Shown: positions 14,336-27,205, numbered from the stretch's first letter. The stretch is DNA of 64,000 nucleotides from Chrysomallon squamiferum (GCA_012295275.1 CM022677.1:15314001-15378000), one strand, 5' to 3'. The notes: generated by a model from the letters alone, not told the origin. Numbers and translations are program-made.

Positions 14336-15261
14336 ATTCAGGAATAAAATATCGCAACCAGATAAAAATGATATTTCATTAGCAACTGTGATATTAATGT
14401 GATATTTCTCAACGTAATTTGTGTTGTTTTCTCTACATCATGGCAGCAAAAGTAACGTAGTATTTTTGTTAAGAAAATACACTATTTACATTGGGGGACA
14501 ACTGTAACAGAACATTCGATCGATATAACATCATTCAATGATGCGAACTTTTTGACAGAAAAAAAAAACAGATTTAATAAGGATATTGATATATCTGGCG
14601 ATATACATTCTTGTGTATGCAAAATATGATACAAAATATGATGGTGTAGCAGACAGTTCGGTAATGTTTTTGTGAAAAAATGTTTTGAGAGGTTACAGAT
14701 AGATATTTATAGATAAAAAAAAAAAAAGGATACTATGTAAACAGTTTTTGAAATGTTTTAAAAACATTTATAAATGCTTTGTTCTAGAAGTTCATTTCTG
14801 TACAATCCCGAATGCTTCTGTTTTCAATTTTAAAAAGTGTTATGCAGATGAATAAATGTTTAGTAAAAAACTGGAAAACTAGCGAATTGGACTTAAATTC
14901 TCGAGTCTTGTGACAAGATTCCACGTCGTATTGTTTAATAATTCATTTTCGATTATCTGCCCTTGAAAACTTTCCATAAAGCAGACGACGAAACATTTTA
15001 CAAACTAAATTACAAACATATACTCCAACGTACATAAAGAATTTAAAAAAAGCAAAAAAACATTTCAAGAAAGTAATATACCATTATATAAAGGTATACT
15101 AGTATATATGAAAAAATCAACTGAAACGATTATAGCTGTATAATGAGTAACACATGTAAATGTCTAGGTACCTTCCAGGAATATCAATTTACATACTATA
15201 AACAATTCACGTATCTATTATTATTTGATAAACAATAAAATATAAACAATAAAAATAAAAA

Positions 15262-15420
15262 CAGTGGACACTGTCAAAACCGCATGATTCATTGAGACCA
15301 ACGTGATATACCGTTTTAGACAGAGAGCTTTTTCTAAAGATTAAAATAACATAAAACTGGAATATTTTTTTTATTACAAACGTTAATGGTCTATCATTTG
15401 TCAGAGGATAAACAGTCTGT
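15262..15420. mobile_element. Possible Tc1/mariner-type MITE remnant
   Basis: Begins CAGTGGACACTGTCAAAACCG, with an internal near-inverted copy CCGTTTTAGACAG about 40 bp later; the right terminus is not recognisable. Confidence 0.3.
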
Positions 15421-15513
15421 CATTGATGACTGCGTTTTTTGGGGAGGGGGTTGTGTTTTTTTTAGTTAGGTTTTTTTTTCGTATTTCTTTGTCTGTCATG
15501 CCTCCAAGTTTAC

Positions 15514-16305
15514 CATTAATTGCAGAATCTCTTCTTTAGCAGGCTTAAGAATTAAAAGCGGATTTTTGATATTGTTATGGTAGCGACATTTCAAACGATG
15601 TCGCTGTCGTACTTTAATAACGTCTTCACCACAACAGAGAGCATCGAAAATTGTTTTTTCTTTAACTATGCCATTTTTTCTCTTCCACGAGCTAACATTA
15701 ACTGTTCATTTGTCAAATGTAAAACTTGCTCTATCTGTCCCGCTAATTCTCTACCGTGTATGTCATAGTCATGAAGTTCTAACCGAGATACGTTGTGAAT
15801 TTTTTCTGTTCTTACTTTTTCGAGACTTATCGTCATCCAGATATGCACATATTTGTATTTTTTCATTTTGTATGCAAGGCGACCTAACTGATAACAGTCT
15901 TCTGCTGATAATCTCTGTATATATCGTTCATATATAAAACCTGCTCATCTTGTCGCATTTAATTTGTACGTGTCTTGAAGTCGAAACAGCTGCAGCGGCC
16001 TCTTCTAAATCTTCGTAACGTGGAAGATGTTCACGGATTTCTTATATTAATAATTTGTTTATGTCAGAATAAAGTAACATACAGACAAAAAAGAAAACAA
16101 AAACACTCCTCAAGAAAAAAATATAACAGATTAAAATGTGCATTACAGCTGTCATTTAGAAGTGGCGCACTTCTTAAGTTATGAAGATTTTGAAGTGTTG
16201 TCTGCAGTTGTTCTGTTTCTTCTTCAAAACACATAAAATTTGATGTCACTACTTGTTAATCGTTTATGCAAACTCGCCATGTTAAGACATTTTATGGCAT
16301 TTCTA
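15514..16305 (-). pseudogene. P4HA: Prolyl 4-hydroxylase alpha subunit pseudogene fragment (N-terminal/peptide-binding region; catalytic domain absent)
   Basis: Minus-strand 16040-15514 translates over frameshifts as EIREHLPRYEDLEEAAAA..RLQDTYKLN..RLSAEDCYQLGRLAYKMKKYKYVHIWMTISLEK..VSRLELHDY..GQIEQVLHLTNEQL..FDALCCGEDVIKVRQRHRLKCRYHNNIKNPLLILKPAKEEIL. This matches the P4HA hallmarks RLQDTY, L.AEDC.ELG..AY, LC.GE and L.CRY....NP...L.P.K.E. An upstream piece containing KRLT at about 16150-16305 is less certain. Confidence 0.88.
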
Positions 16306-16502
16306 TTTTTTATTATGCTATTCCACATTTTTTATTTTTTTATTTTATTTTATGAATATGTTTGAATAAATGTCAGTTTTAATTGATACAAAATGTTTTT
16401 ATCCAGAATCATTACAGTTTATTTCATTTCTATTTTTCTTTTTCTTTTTCATTCTTTCTCTCTGTAGCGGACCTTATTCTGCGAAATATGAAGAATCTCC
16501 GC

Positions 16503-17200
16503 TTAAGTAAATAAATACTGTATTGTGATATTAGCAGTATTAAGAAAAAATGATATTAGCAGCATTAAGTAAATAAATACTGTACAGTCACGTGATATGA
16601 GCAGCATTAACTAAATAACTATTGTACAGTAACGTGATATTATCAGAGATAAGTAAATAAATACTGTGCAGTAAAGTGATATTAGCAGTAGTAAAAAAAG
16701 AACTGTACAGTAACTTTAAGGAGCGTTAAATAAATCAATACTGTACAGTAACGCGATACTAGCGGTATTAAGTAAAAAAATACTGTATAGTAATGTGACA
16801 TTAACAGTATTATGTAAATAAATACCGTACAGTAACGTTATATTAGCAGTATTAAGTAAATAAATACTGTACAGTAACGTTATATTAGCAGTATTAAGTA
16901 AATAAATACTGTACAGTAATGTGACATTAACAGTATTATGTAAATAAATACTGTACAGTAACGTGACATTAGCAGTATTATGTAAATAAATACTGTACAG
17001 TAACGTTATATTAGCAGTATTAAGTAAATAAATACTGTACACGAACGTGATATTTGCAGCGTTAACTAAATAAACACTGTATAGCAACGTGATAGTAGCA
17101 GTATTAAGTAAATAAATACTGAACCGTAACGTAATAGTAGCAGAAATTAAGCAAAATAAATATGTACAGTAACGCGATATTAAGTAAATAAAAACTGTAG
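16503..17200. repeat. 42-bp minisatellite, about 16 copies
   Basis: Unit approx. GTAACGTGATATTAGCAGTATTAAGTAAATAAATACTGTACA; produces the 14-aa periodicity in spurious ORF 16716-17087. Confidence 0.95.
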
Positions 17201-17479
17201 TGTGAGTTGTAAGTTTTGTGATTTTATTTGGTGCATTAATATAAATAAGAAGAAGAAAGAAAAAGTAGGGGAAAAAAAATAAAACACCATTTATTTGAAG
17301 TTTACGGTCAACGATTGGCTAATAATAAGATAAAAAAAAAATAGAAATAAATAAATAAAATAAATATATTTTAATAAAGGTTGTGATGTTCCTTTATTTT
17401 ATATTATTTGTTTTGAACATTATTTTGATTTTGTTTTTATTTATTTTTTTATTTTTGGGGGGGATTGTATATGCAGAAA

Positions 17480-19068
17480 AATGCGGGTTGATTGTCGGTC
17501 TTTACGGATTTACTATTTTATTTAATGTTCGAAGAATTTTCTACAGAATTGGTGTAATCGCATTAAAACAGTTGTTTAAAGTATTTCATTTTGTGAAGGA
17601 GACAGGTATTATTATTTATTATTATAAAGGTTAATGTGTTTGGATTTTTTTCGTTTTATTTAATTATAATTTAAAAGTCATAGACAACTGATGGCAGCCA
17701 TATTATTTGAGAACAATATTTATTTATTTATTTATTTATTTATTTATAATTTTTTCAAATAACGACACTCGATTAATAATTACATTCACCAGTGGTTGTA
17801 CTAATGTGAACAACATAAACAACGTCATGATGTATCAGCAAATTTTGAGTGGCCAGTAATTAAATTTGTTTTAAAATAAATTGACGTGTGTAGCACCACA
17901 CCAAAGGAAACACCACAACAACTCACAGAGAATTTAAAATTATTATTATTGTTATTGTTATTGTTATTATTTATTTTTTTATTTTTTATTTATTTATTTA
18001 TTTATTTATTTATTTTTTTTTTTTTTTTTGTTGTTGAAATAAACTAATAAAACTATTAAAAGAAAATATGCTAATTTTGTTTGACAGGTTGGTTTCAGTC
18101 AGTTTAGTTATGATTTAGTATTTTTGAAGATTTAGGTTAAATTGCTGACTTGCTCTATAATTATTAAACATATTAAACTTTATAATGGGTGGGTCCCTAA
18201 ATGCTTTCATATTATTTAAGCAAAATACCAGTATAGCTCTATGTTAACACTAAAAACAAATTAAGATGAATACAAATTTAAGAAATACATGACCAGGTTA
18301 TTTCATATGTAGATGATGCTATAAAATATTAATAAAATTATTTATAAAAAAAATATTTAACACACACAAATAAACACTTAAATAATTTGTTATCCTGTTC
18401 TTTGTTTCTCTTCTTTTCTTAATGGTGAATTTTAATTTATTTATTTACACTTTGTTTTCTTTTGTTGTAATTCCTTCTTTTTCATCTTCTTCTTCTCTTA
18501 TTATTATTACTACTTTTTATTATTATTATTATGTTTTATTTTTATTATTATTTTTTTGTAATCCTTATTATTATTATCCATTTTATTTTTCATATCATTA
18601 CTAATAATTGTTTATTTTTTATGTTTTCTAGGTCATGTGGAGAAAATGTTCCAAATGAATTTAAAGAATGGTTCTGTAAAAAATCAGATGTGAGTGAAAT
18701 ATTTTGCTGCTCTGAGAATGAAGCTGGATGTGAAGATAAAGAAAAGAGAGAGAAGAAAACAGAGGCTGTAGCTGCAGCAGAACAAGATGAGACAGAGACT
18801 CAGGAAGGCAACATTCATAAGAGTGATATCTCGCATATTAACAGTTTGAAGGAACGGGCTAGTCCTGTATCTGATTCAGATAACAGAGTGAGACCAATAA
18901 CCCAGGTCCCAGTCCCCTACAATCATAAAAATCCAGGCCATTTTCACGAAAAGGGATACAAGAGACTAATGATAATGTGAGTCAACAGTCTGATGCCAAG
19001 TAATGTCAGGCCTCTGTTAGAATGTTTTCAGAAACCTCTCTACAGTGGTAGGGTATGTTCGTTTATTA

Positions 19069-19123
<55 letters not shown>

Positions 19124-19325
19124 GTGTTTGAGAGAGAAATGTAGATTGTTAAATATTTTTTGTAGGTCATTGCAGTATTGTTCAGTTGCTGGCTAGAAAG
19201 GGAATTTATGTTATGGAGAAGGATGAATCAGCTGAGCAGAAACTGCAGACAGCACAATTCCTTTTATCTTTTGCTAGTAGACAACAAATGCAGAAGACGT
19301 TGATCAATATATACATAATAAAAAT
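17480..19325 (+). pseudogene. Unit D: three-exon gene-like remnant paralogous to units B and C
   Basis: Exons about 17480-17605 (CAG|GTATT), 18632-19052 (TTCTAG..GG|GTATG) and from 19166 to AATAAA near 19317; exon 2 is an inverted paralog of 23311-23570 and exon 3 of 55725-55800; no long continuous ORF. Confidence 0.55.
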
Positions 19326-19809
19326 AAAAACATACAAAGACTATGCTTTGTTTTTTTTATTATTTTTTTTAAAATTATTTGAATGTGCCTTAGAAATTTC
19401 AGAAATATTTTCCAATTTCATTATTGTTTTTAAATAAGATGCAATGTGTTTCATTTTGTAAATGTCAGGGTTTAACAACAGTTAAGGACAAATGATTTTT
19501 TTATTAAAAACTCACATTGCTAAAATTATTTAAAGTACTGAATTTGTATAATAGTACAATCTCTCTTAGAATAAAATGGGAAAGGCAAATTATAAAAACT
19601 CGCAATAATGTCTAAACAGAAATAACTGAATATTTAAGTTTTATTATCTAGCCAGGTTTTTAAGTAATTTCAACACTTGAAGATCATCATGTTTCTTCTA
19701 ATTAAAAATAACAAAGTCATGGTTAATGCAAATAAAATTTTAATTTAGTTAACAGGTTACATTAGAAATATATTATTATTATTATTATTTTTTTATCAAA
19801 ACAGTTCTA

Positions 19810-20120
19810 ATTAACTCTAATTACATAATATTCAATTATATTTACACTGATTACCCGATTTAAATAAAATAAAGAAACAAACTGGATTTCTTTTCTCTAT
19901 TCTGTAAAAAATTCTTATTATCCTAATTACACAATTTATGAAATATGTACACAATGATTACCCCCAGCAAACCACTGCTTTTCCCTGGTTTAAATAATAT
20001 AAATAAAAACAGTTTTTTCTTCTTTTTTTTCTGTCTTTTTTTTAATTAAAAAATTCTAATTACCCCTAATTACATAATTACCCCAACCCTTGATTTTCCC
20101 CTGATTTAAATATATAAAAA
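19810..20120. repeat. Three diverged tandem copies of a roughly 110-140-bp unit
   Basis: Recurring CTAATTACA(T/C)AAT..ATTACCC..(G/A)TTTAAATA. Confidence 0.55.
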
Positions 20121-22252
20121 AGATGGGACTTACAGCATTTTTGACTGACGTACTGTCTAAGGCAGCTTGAATCTGTTGTCTAGGATCCTACAACAAAATA
20201 TAATATTCATTAATAAACTAAACATAAAAGTGCAAGTACTATTTTTCTTGTCAGCTCTAACTGTATTTCACTGTGCTAGCAAGAATTTTAGTCCACATTT
20301 TTATTTTTTTCAATACAATTTTAATAATAAGAATTTTTTTTTTTTTTTATATATTCTTAATTTCAAACAGTTAAATATTATTCTTTAACTTTGCTATAAA
20401 AGGATTAAAAGAGCAATGCATATGTAAGAGACCACAAAAATATGTTTTAATATATTTGAAAACTTCTGTTAACTTGCTAAAATTTGATATTTACACTATT
20501 TCAGTCTTTTAGTCCAGTTTACAATGACTGCCAGGAATATTAAATAAATAAACATTTTAAGCCTATACAGTTATTACATTAGACAGAGTGAAAATGGTCT
20601 TCTGAAGATTCAATCAATAATGAGAGCTGCCCTGGTATTCTGAAATGATGATTTGTGGCAGCTCTTTGTTGTTGAAACTAATATAACATATCAGAGAAGC
20701 AAAACCCCTCACATTAGCATGCAAAATCATTTAGTATACAAGATAAATATATGAGACATCCAAATATAATTTCATATAATAATTTGTTTAACAGCAAAAA
20801 TATATTTGTATTAAAAAAGCTGTGTTTGTTAATAAGAAATATATGTGAGAGAGTATCCTCCACGTTAAACTTCTATACATGTGCATTTTGATTTTGTTAT
20901 TATATAGCTGTAACACATACTTCTTTGTACTGTAATCTACAGTTTATGAGAATAAAGTTACTGTCATTGTACAACTGAGTCTCATCTCCTATAAAAACAC
21001 ACATTATATTTGTCCAAACTTTTATTTGTAGAATTCCCTGGTTATTAATTATTACTCCTTTTTATATTTATAAATAAATACATAAATAAATAAAATTAAT
21101 AAAGTAAAAAGACACAGAAAAGTAAAAAGAACCTTAAAATCACAGTGTGATCTGTTATTTTTATAATTGCTGTGTCATTTCATGAGTTGTCTTAATAATT
21201 ATTCCTTATTGTATTATATTTTCATGTAGGCTGTTCAATTAAGAGAAAATATTTTGCATAGAATCTTGTGAAAGACTGAAGAAATATTTTAAACTGAAAT
21301 GAAATGGAAAGGTTTATAATTAATATTGTATTTAAATACCTGCTGGACAGCCCCAAATACTTCAACTCTACTGGAGACTTGAGCAGCTCTTTGTTCCACA
21401 ATGTCAATTCAGCTTTGAATTTATCAACAATTTCTTGAATATTTTTATCCTTAACAAGCTGATTTAACTTCTGAAAATATAGTTTAAATCCAGTTTAGTA
21501 TATTGGTTTCTTCAGTTCCTATAAATACATGATGAAAGATCTGAATGTCATTCAGCAAATACTGACATTTCCTTGTTATAAAACAATTCAACTAATTAAG
21601 TCAGCATGAATAAATATAATTATATTAAACTAAACATTGAAATATAACCATTTTTAAATATTTTGTTTTGTATTCTAATGATATTTAATGATGCAGTTAC
21701 CAATTCAAATTATTTACTGAAAGAAAATCTAAAGCTAGACAGATAACAAATATGTTAAAATAAAGATGAATTAAAGGTAAAGTAGAATTTTTCATTCAGA
21801 AACACTTTCAACAAAATTAACATAGATCTGTTTTTGTTTATGAACTGATTTCACACATACCTCAACATCATTCCTTAAACCATGTAGTCAAATGTTTGGG
21901 AGTTAAAAACGAAACTGTTTTGATTACTCCTAGTACAAATATAAGCTAAAAAAGAAATAAAACAATGCTAATGCAAATATACTAAGTCACCTGCTGCTCA
22001 ACTTCCAGGCTTTTTGTCTTTGCCACTGTCATGCACAGTGTCTTTCTTTGCCTGGTTTTTAGTACATTCAAGTTCTTCTAATTTTTTCTCCCTGATATTT
22101 GACTGTTGAGATTGGTGACCTGATGTAAGACTCTCCAACTTAAGACGTGGTCGGCTTCAATGTCCAGATCAACAAAACTGAGCTCTTCATCGGCAGAACT
22201 TTCAACAACTCTGAATCAGAGTCACATTGGTGGGTGCACTGCCTAGTTTGAG

Positions 22253-22283
<31 letters not shown>

Positions 22284-23039
22284 AATACAGTAAAAAATAT
22301 AAAATAAATAAAACACTGCTACTGCTACATTTACTGCAACATTACATGCTACTTTTATTACCATCATTACTATAACTAATATTTACTATTATTCCTCATT
22401 CAACTAGGGTTACTGTTATTGAAATAATACTCCTATTACTAAAATTACTACATATTAATAATAAAAGTGATATTGTTTAATATCTTCACTATTAGTTCTA
22501 TGCCTGTAGTTTTTTAGACTAATATTATTATAATTACTACAACACCAACTATGACTACTGTTACTACTACTAACACTGCTGTTACACTACTCTTCTTGTT
22601 ACATTTATCATAATATTTTCATTAAAAACAACTACTGTTAGTATTGCTACTACTAGTACTACCACCACCACTACAACCAGTTTTTTTTAATCACCATGAG
22701 TCTCACAAGATACATATTACAAAGCTATGGAGACAACATCATCAACTAAAACATCAGCAGGAACAATTTTGCAACATTACTACAAGTAGTGTAATTATTA
22801 ACGCTACAACTACTAATGATGTAACAACTACGTTACTACAACAATGGCAGTGACTAACACTACTACTATAACAACCTCTATAGATGCTCCTGTTCTGCTA
22901 TATTCTTTGATGACATTTCTCTCCTGTGGCAATCTCATATAATTAGCTCTTCTTGTGTACAGAGCAGTTTTTGAAAAACAAGTTTTATATTTATTTACCT
23001 TTGTAGTTATATCTGTATCTCTGTGTGTGTGTGTGTGTG

Positions 23040-23071
<32 letters not shown>

Positions 23072-23714
23072 AGAGATTTAGAATAATGAGAAATATATAA
23101 GAAATTCACCTGTTCATTTTTTCTTTTCCAGTGGAGCACAACAAACTTTATTCTCAGTGCTGGACATACAAATAAAATTATTAACTGTTATAAATAAATA
23201 ACTAACGGGCAATAATTTAAATAATTAACAAAACAATAGTAAATAAATGATTATTATTAAGCTATTTTACACATACACACACACACGTATAAACTTATAA
23301 AAGAACATACCCTGCCACTGTTGAGAGGTTTCTGAAAACATTCTAACACAGGCATGACACATCACTTGACACCAGACTGTTGACACCAGACCTGGGTGCA
23401 TTGATCCACTCTGAATCAGGTACAGGACTGTCGTAATGGCGAGACATCACTCTCATGAATGTTGCCTTCCTGAGTCTGTCTCATCTTGACTGCTGCAGCT
23501 ACAGTCTCTGTTTTCTTCTCTCTTTTTTCTTAATCTTCATCTTCAGCTTCATTTTCAGAACAGTAAGCTCAGACGTCACCTGCTGCTCAACTTCCTGGCT
23601 GTTGTCTTTGTCACAGTCATGCAGAGCCATCACAGTCATCTGCCAAGTGATTTTGTTTGGAAGCACAGCAGACGAAGTCTTTTTACCAATATCAGCTTGT
23701 TTCAATTGAAATCT

Positions 23715-23993
23715 GCAATTTTCAGTATTGCTCTCAGACACACACACACACATATTATTTTCAGAGTAGCACTTATCACTATTGCTGATACACTCAGACA
23801 CACACACACACTATTATCAGAGTAGCAGTTATCAATATTCCTGATAAACACACACACACATACATACTATTATCAGAGAAGGATACACACAAACACAGTA
23901 TTATCAGAGTAGAAATTATCACTATTGCTGATACAACTCATAAACACACATGCACGCACATACTATTACCAGGGTAGCAATTATCAATATTGA

Positions 23994-24030
<37 letters not shown>

Positions 24031-26291
24031 TTGTCAGAGAAACAATCATCACTACTGCTGACACACACACACACTATCAGAGTAGCAATTATCACTATTG
24101 CTGATACACTCACATTATTTTCAGAGTAGCAATTATCAATATTGCTAATGAACACATACACACACACACACATACTATTATCAGGTACCAGTTATCACTA
24201 TTGCTGATACACACACACACAAACACTATTAACAGAGTAGCACTTATCACTATTCCTGATACATGAAGAAACACATACACACACGCACACATTATTATCA
24301 GAGAAGTAATTTTCAGTATTGCTGACACATTTACACACAATATCATCAGAGTAGAAATTATCACTATTGATGATACACTCACAAACACACACAGTGTAGC
24401 AGTTATCACTACTGCTGATATACTCACACACACACTATTAGAGTAGAAATTATCACTAACACCCATACACACAAACATACACACTATTCTGGTACACTCC
24501 AACACACATACACTCACAGGCACACACTATTCTCAGAGAAGAAATTTTCAGTATTGCTGACACACACAGACACCCACACTAATTTCAGAGTAGCAATTGT
24601 CACTATTTCTGATACTCATAAACACACACACACACACTGTTATCAAACTAGAAATTATCAGTATTGCTGATATATTCACGCAGATATTATTATCAGAGTA
24701 GCAGTTATCACTATTGCTGATACAGACACACATTTATCAGAGAAGCAATTATCACTACTGATGATACACACACACAGTGTATCAGAGTAGCAGTTGTCAC
24801 TATTGCTGACACAATCAAACACAAACACACACAATACTGTTATCATGGTAGCAGTTACCACTATTGCTGATACTGTCTCACACATATACTCACTGTCACA
24901 TAATACTGTCAGAGTAGCAATTATCAATATTGTTGACAAAAACACATACACACCGATCCTATTATTAGAGTAGAAATTATCAGTATTGCTGATACACTTA
25001 AACACACACACGCACTCACCATTATCAGAGTAGCAGTTACAATTGCTGATGTACTCACACACACCCACACATACACACACATACACAGACACTATTATCA
25101 GAGTAGCAGTTATCACTATTGCTGATACACTCTCAAACACACACACATACTATTATCAGAATAGGAGTTATCAGTATTAAACACACACACTCTATAATCA
25201 GTTACCACAATTTCTGATATACTCACACACACACACACAAATTATCAGAGTAGCAGTTATTAACATTCCTGAGAAACAGAGACACAGATACTTTTATCAG
25301 AGTAGCAGTTCTCACTATTGCTCATTCACTCAAACACACACACACACACATACCATTACCAGATTATCACTGTTGCTGATACACTCACAGACACAGGCAC
25401 ACACACATATACCCACACTATTATCAGAGTAGCAATTATCACTATTGCTGATACACACACACACACCCACACACACACATCCTGTTAACATAGTAGCAAT
25501 TACCACTATTGCTGATACCACAAACATACACACACATATACTATTATCAGAGTAGCAGTTACCACTATTGCTGATAAACTCACACACACACTATTACCAG
25601 TTATCACTATGGCTGATAGACTCAGAAACACAAACACACATAATATTATCAGAGTAGCAGTTATCACTACTGCTGATATACTCACACACACATGCTATTA
25701 TCACAGTAGCAGTTATCACTATTGCTGATATACACACATACATACTATTATCAGAGTAGCAGTTATCACTATTGCTGGTACCCACAGACACACACACACA
25801 CTATTATCAGAGTAGCTGTTATCAATATTGCTGATATTCTCTCAAACACACACACTCACAGTCACATACTATTATCAGAGTAGTAGTTATCACTATTGTT
25901 GATACACTCACATACACACAAACACACATTCTATTACCAGAGTAGCAGTACACTCAAACATACACAGACACAGACTATTATCAGAATAACAATTAGCAGT
26001 ATTTCTGAGAAACACGCACACACTATTATCAGAGTAGAAATTATCAGTATTGGTGATCAACTCAAACACACACATACACACTATTATCAGAGTAGCAGTT
26101 ATCACTATTGCTGATATACTCATACACACACTATTATCAGAGTAGCAGTTTTGACTATTCCTATACACTCACAAACAGTCACATACACACACTCATACTA
26201 TTATCACTGAAGCAGTTATCACTACTTCTCATACTAAAACATCAGACACACACACATACTATTATCATTGTTGCAATTATCACTATTGATG

Positions 26292-26341
<50 letters not shown>

Positions 26342-27205
26342 TTATCAGAGTAGTAATTATCACTGTTGGTGAAACACAGACACTATTATGACTATTGCTG
26401 ATACACTCACACACACTACAATCAGAGTGGCAGTTATCACTGTTGCTGATACAAACACATACACAGAAAAACACAGACACAATTACTATTATCAGTAGCA
26501 GTTATACCAGTTGCTGATAGACACACGTAACACACACTATTATCAGAGTAGCAATTATCACAAACATACACACACACACTATTATCAGAGTAGCAGTTAT
26601 CATTATTGCTGATACCCACAGACATACTATTACACAATTATCACTATTATGATAACACACTGATATTCTCAGAGTAGCAAAACACACACACTCACAGTCA
26701 CATACTATTATCAGAGTAGTAATTATCACTACTGCTGATAAACACTCATACACTCAAACACACACACACTAATCAGAGTAGCGTGTCACATTGCTTCATA
26801 CACTATTATCAGAGTAGCAGTTTTGACTATTCCACTCACAAACATACACAGACATAGACTATTATCAGAATAACAATTAGCAGTATTTTCATACTAAAAC
26901 GTCAAAGAAACACACACAAACTATTATCATTGTAGAAATTATCACTATTGGGATCAACTCAAACACACACATACACACTATTATCAGAGTAGCAGTTATC
27001 ACTATTGCTGATATTCATATACACACTATTATCAGAGTAGCAGTTTTGACTATTCCTATACACTCACAAACAGTCACACACACACACTCATACTATTATC
27101 ACTGAAGCAGTTATCACTACTTCTCATACTAAAACATCAGACACACACACATACTATTATCAGCAATTATCTCTATTGCTGATACACACACACACACACT
27201 CACTC
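23715..27205. repeat. Composite minisatellite: 37-bp imperfect-palindrome unit alternating with variable (CA)-rich spacers, roughly 60 units
   Basis: Consensus ACTATTATCAGAGTAGCAGTTATCACTATTGCTGATA followed by about 5-45 nt of CA-rich sequence; TATCAG and CTGATA are reverse complements. Confidence 0.95.

Noticed and set aside
16503-17200. CRISPR array or 123-aa repeat protein (ORF 16716-17087)
   Set aside because: Head-to-tail 42-bp units with no unique spacers; the ORF exists only because 42 is divisible by three.
18531-18980. 149-aa protein-coding gene
   Set aside because: The N-terminus is intronic (TAT)n sequence, the start is not credible, and the paralogous exon in unit B differs by frameshifting indels.
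23715-27205. CRISPR array
   Set aside because: Eukaryotic intronic context, no cas genes, low-complexity CA spacers of very uneven length, degenerate repeats and block-wise duplication.
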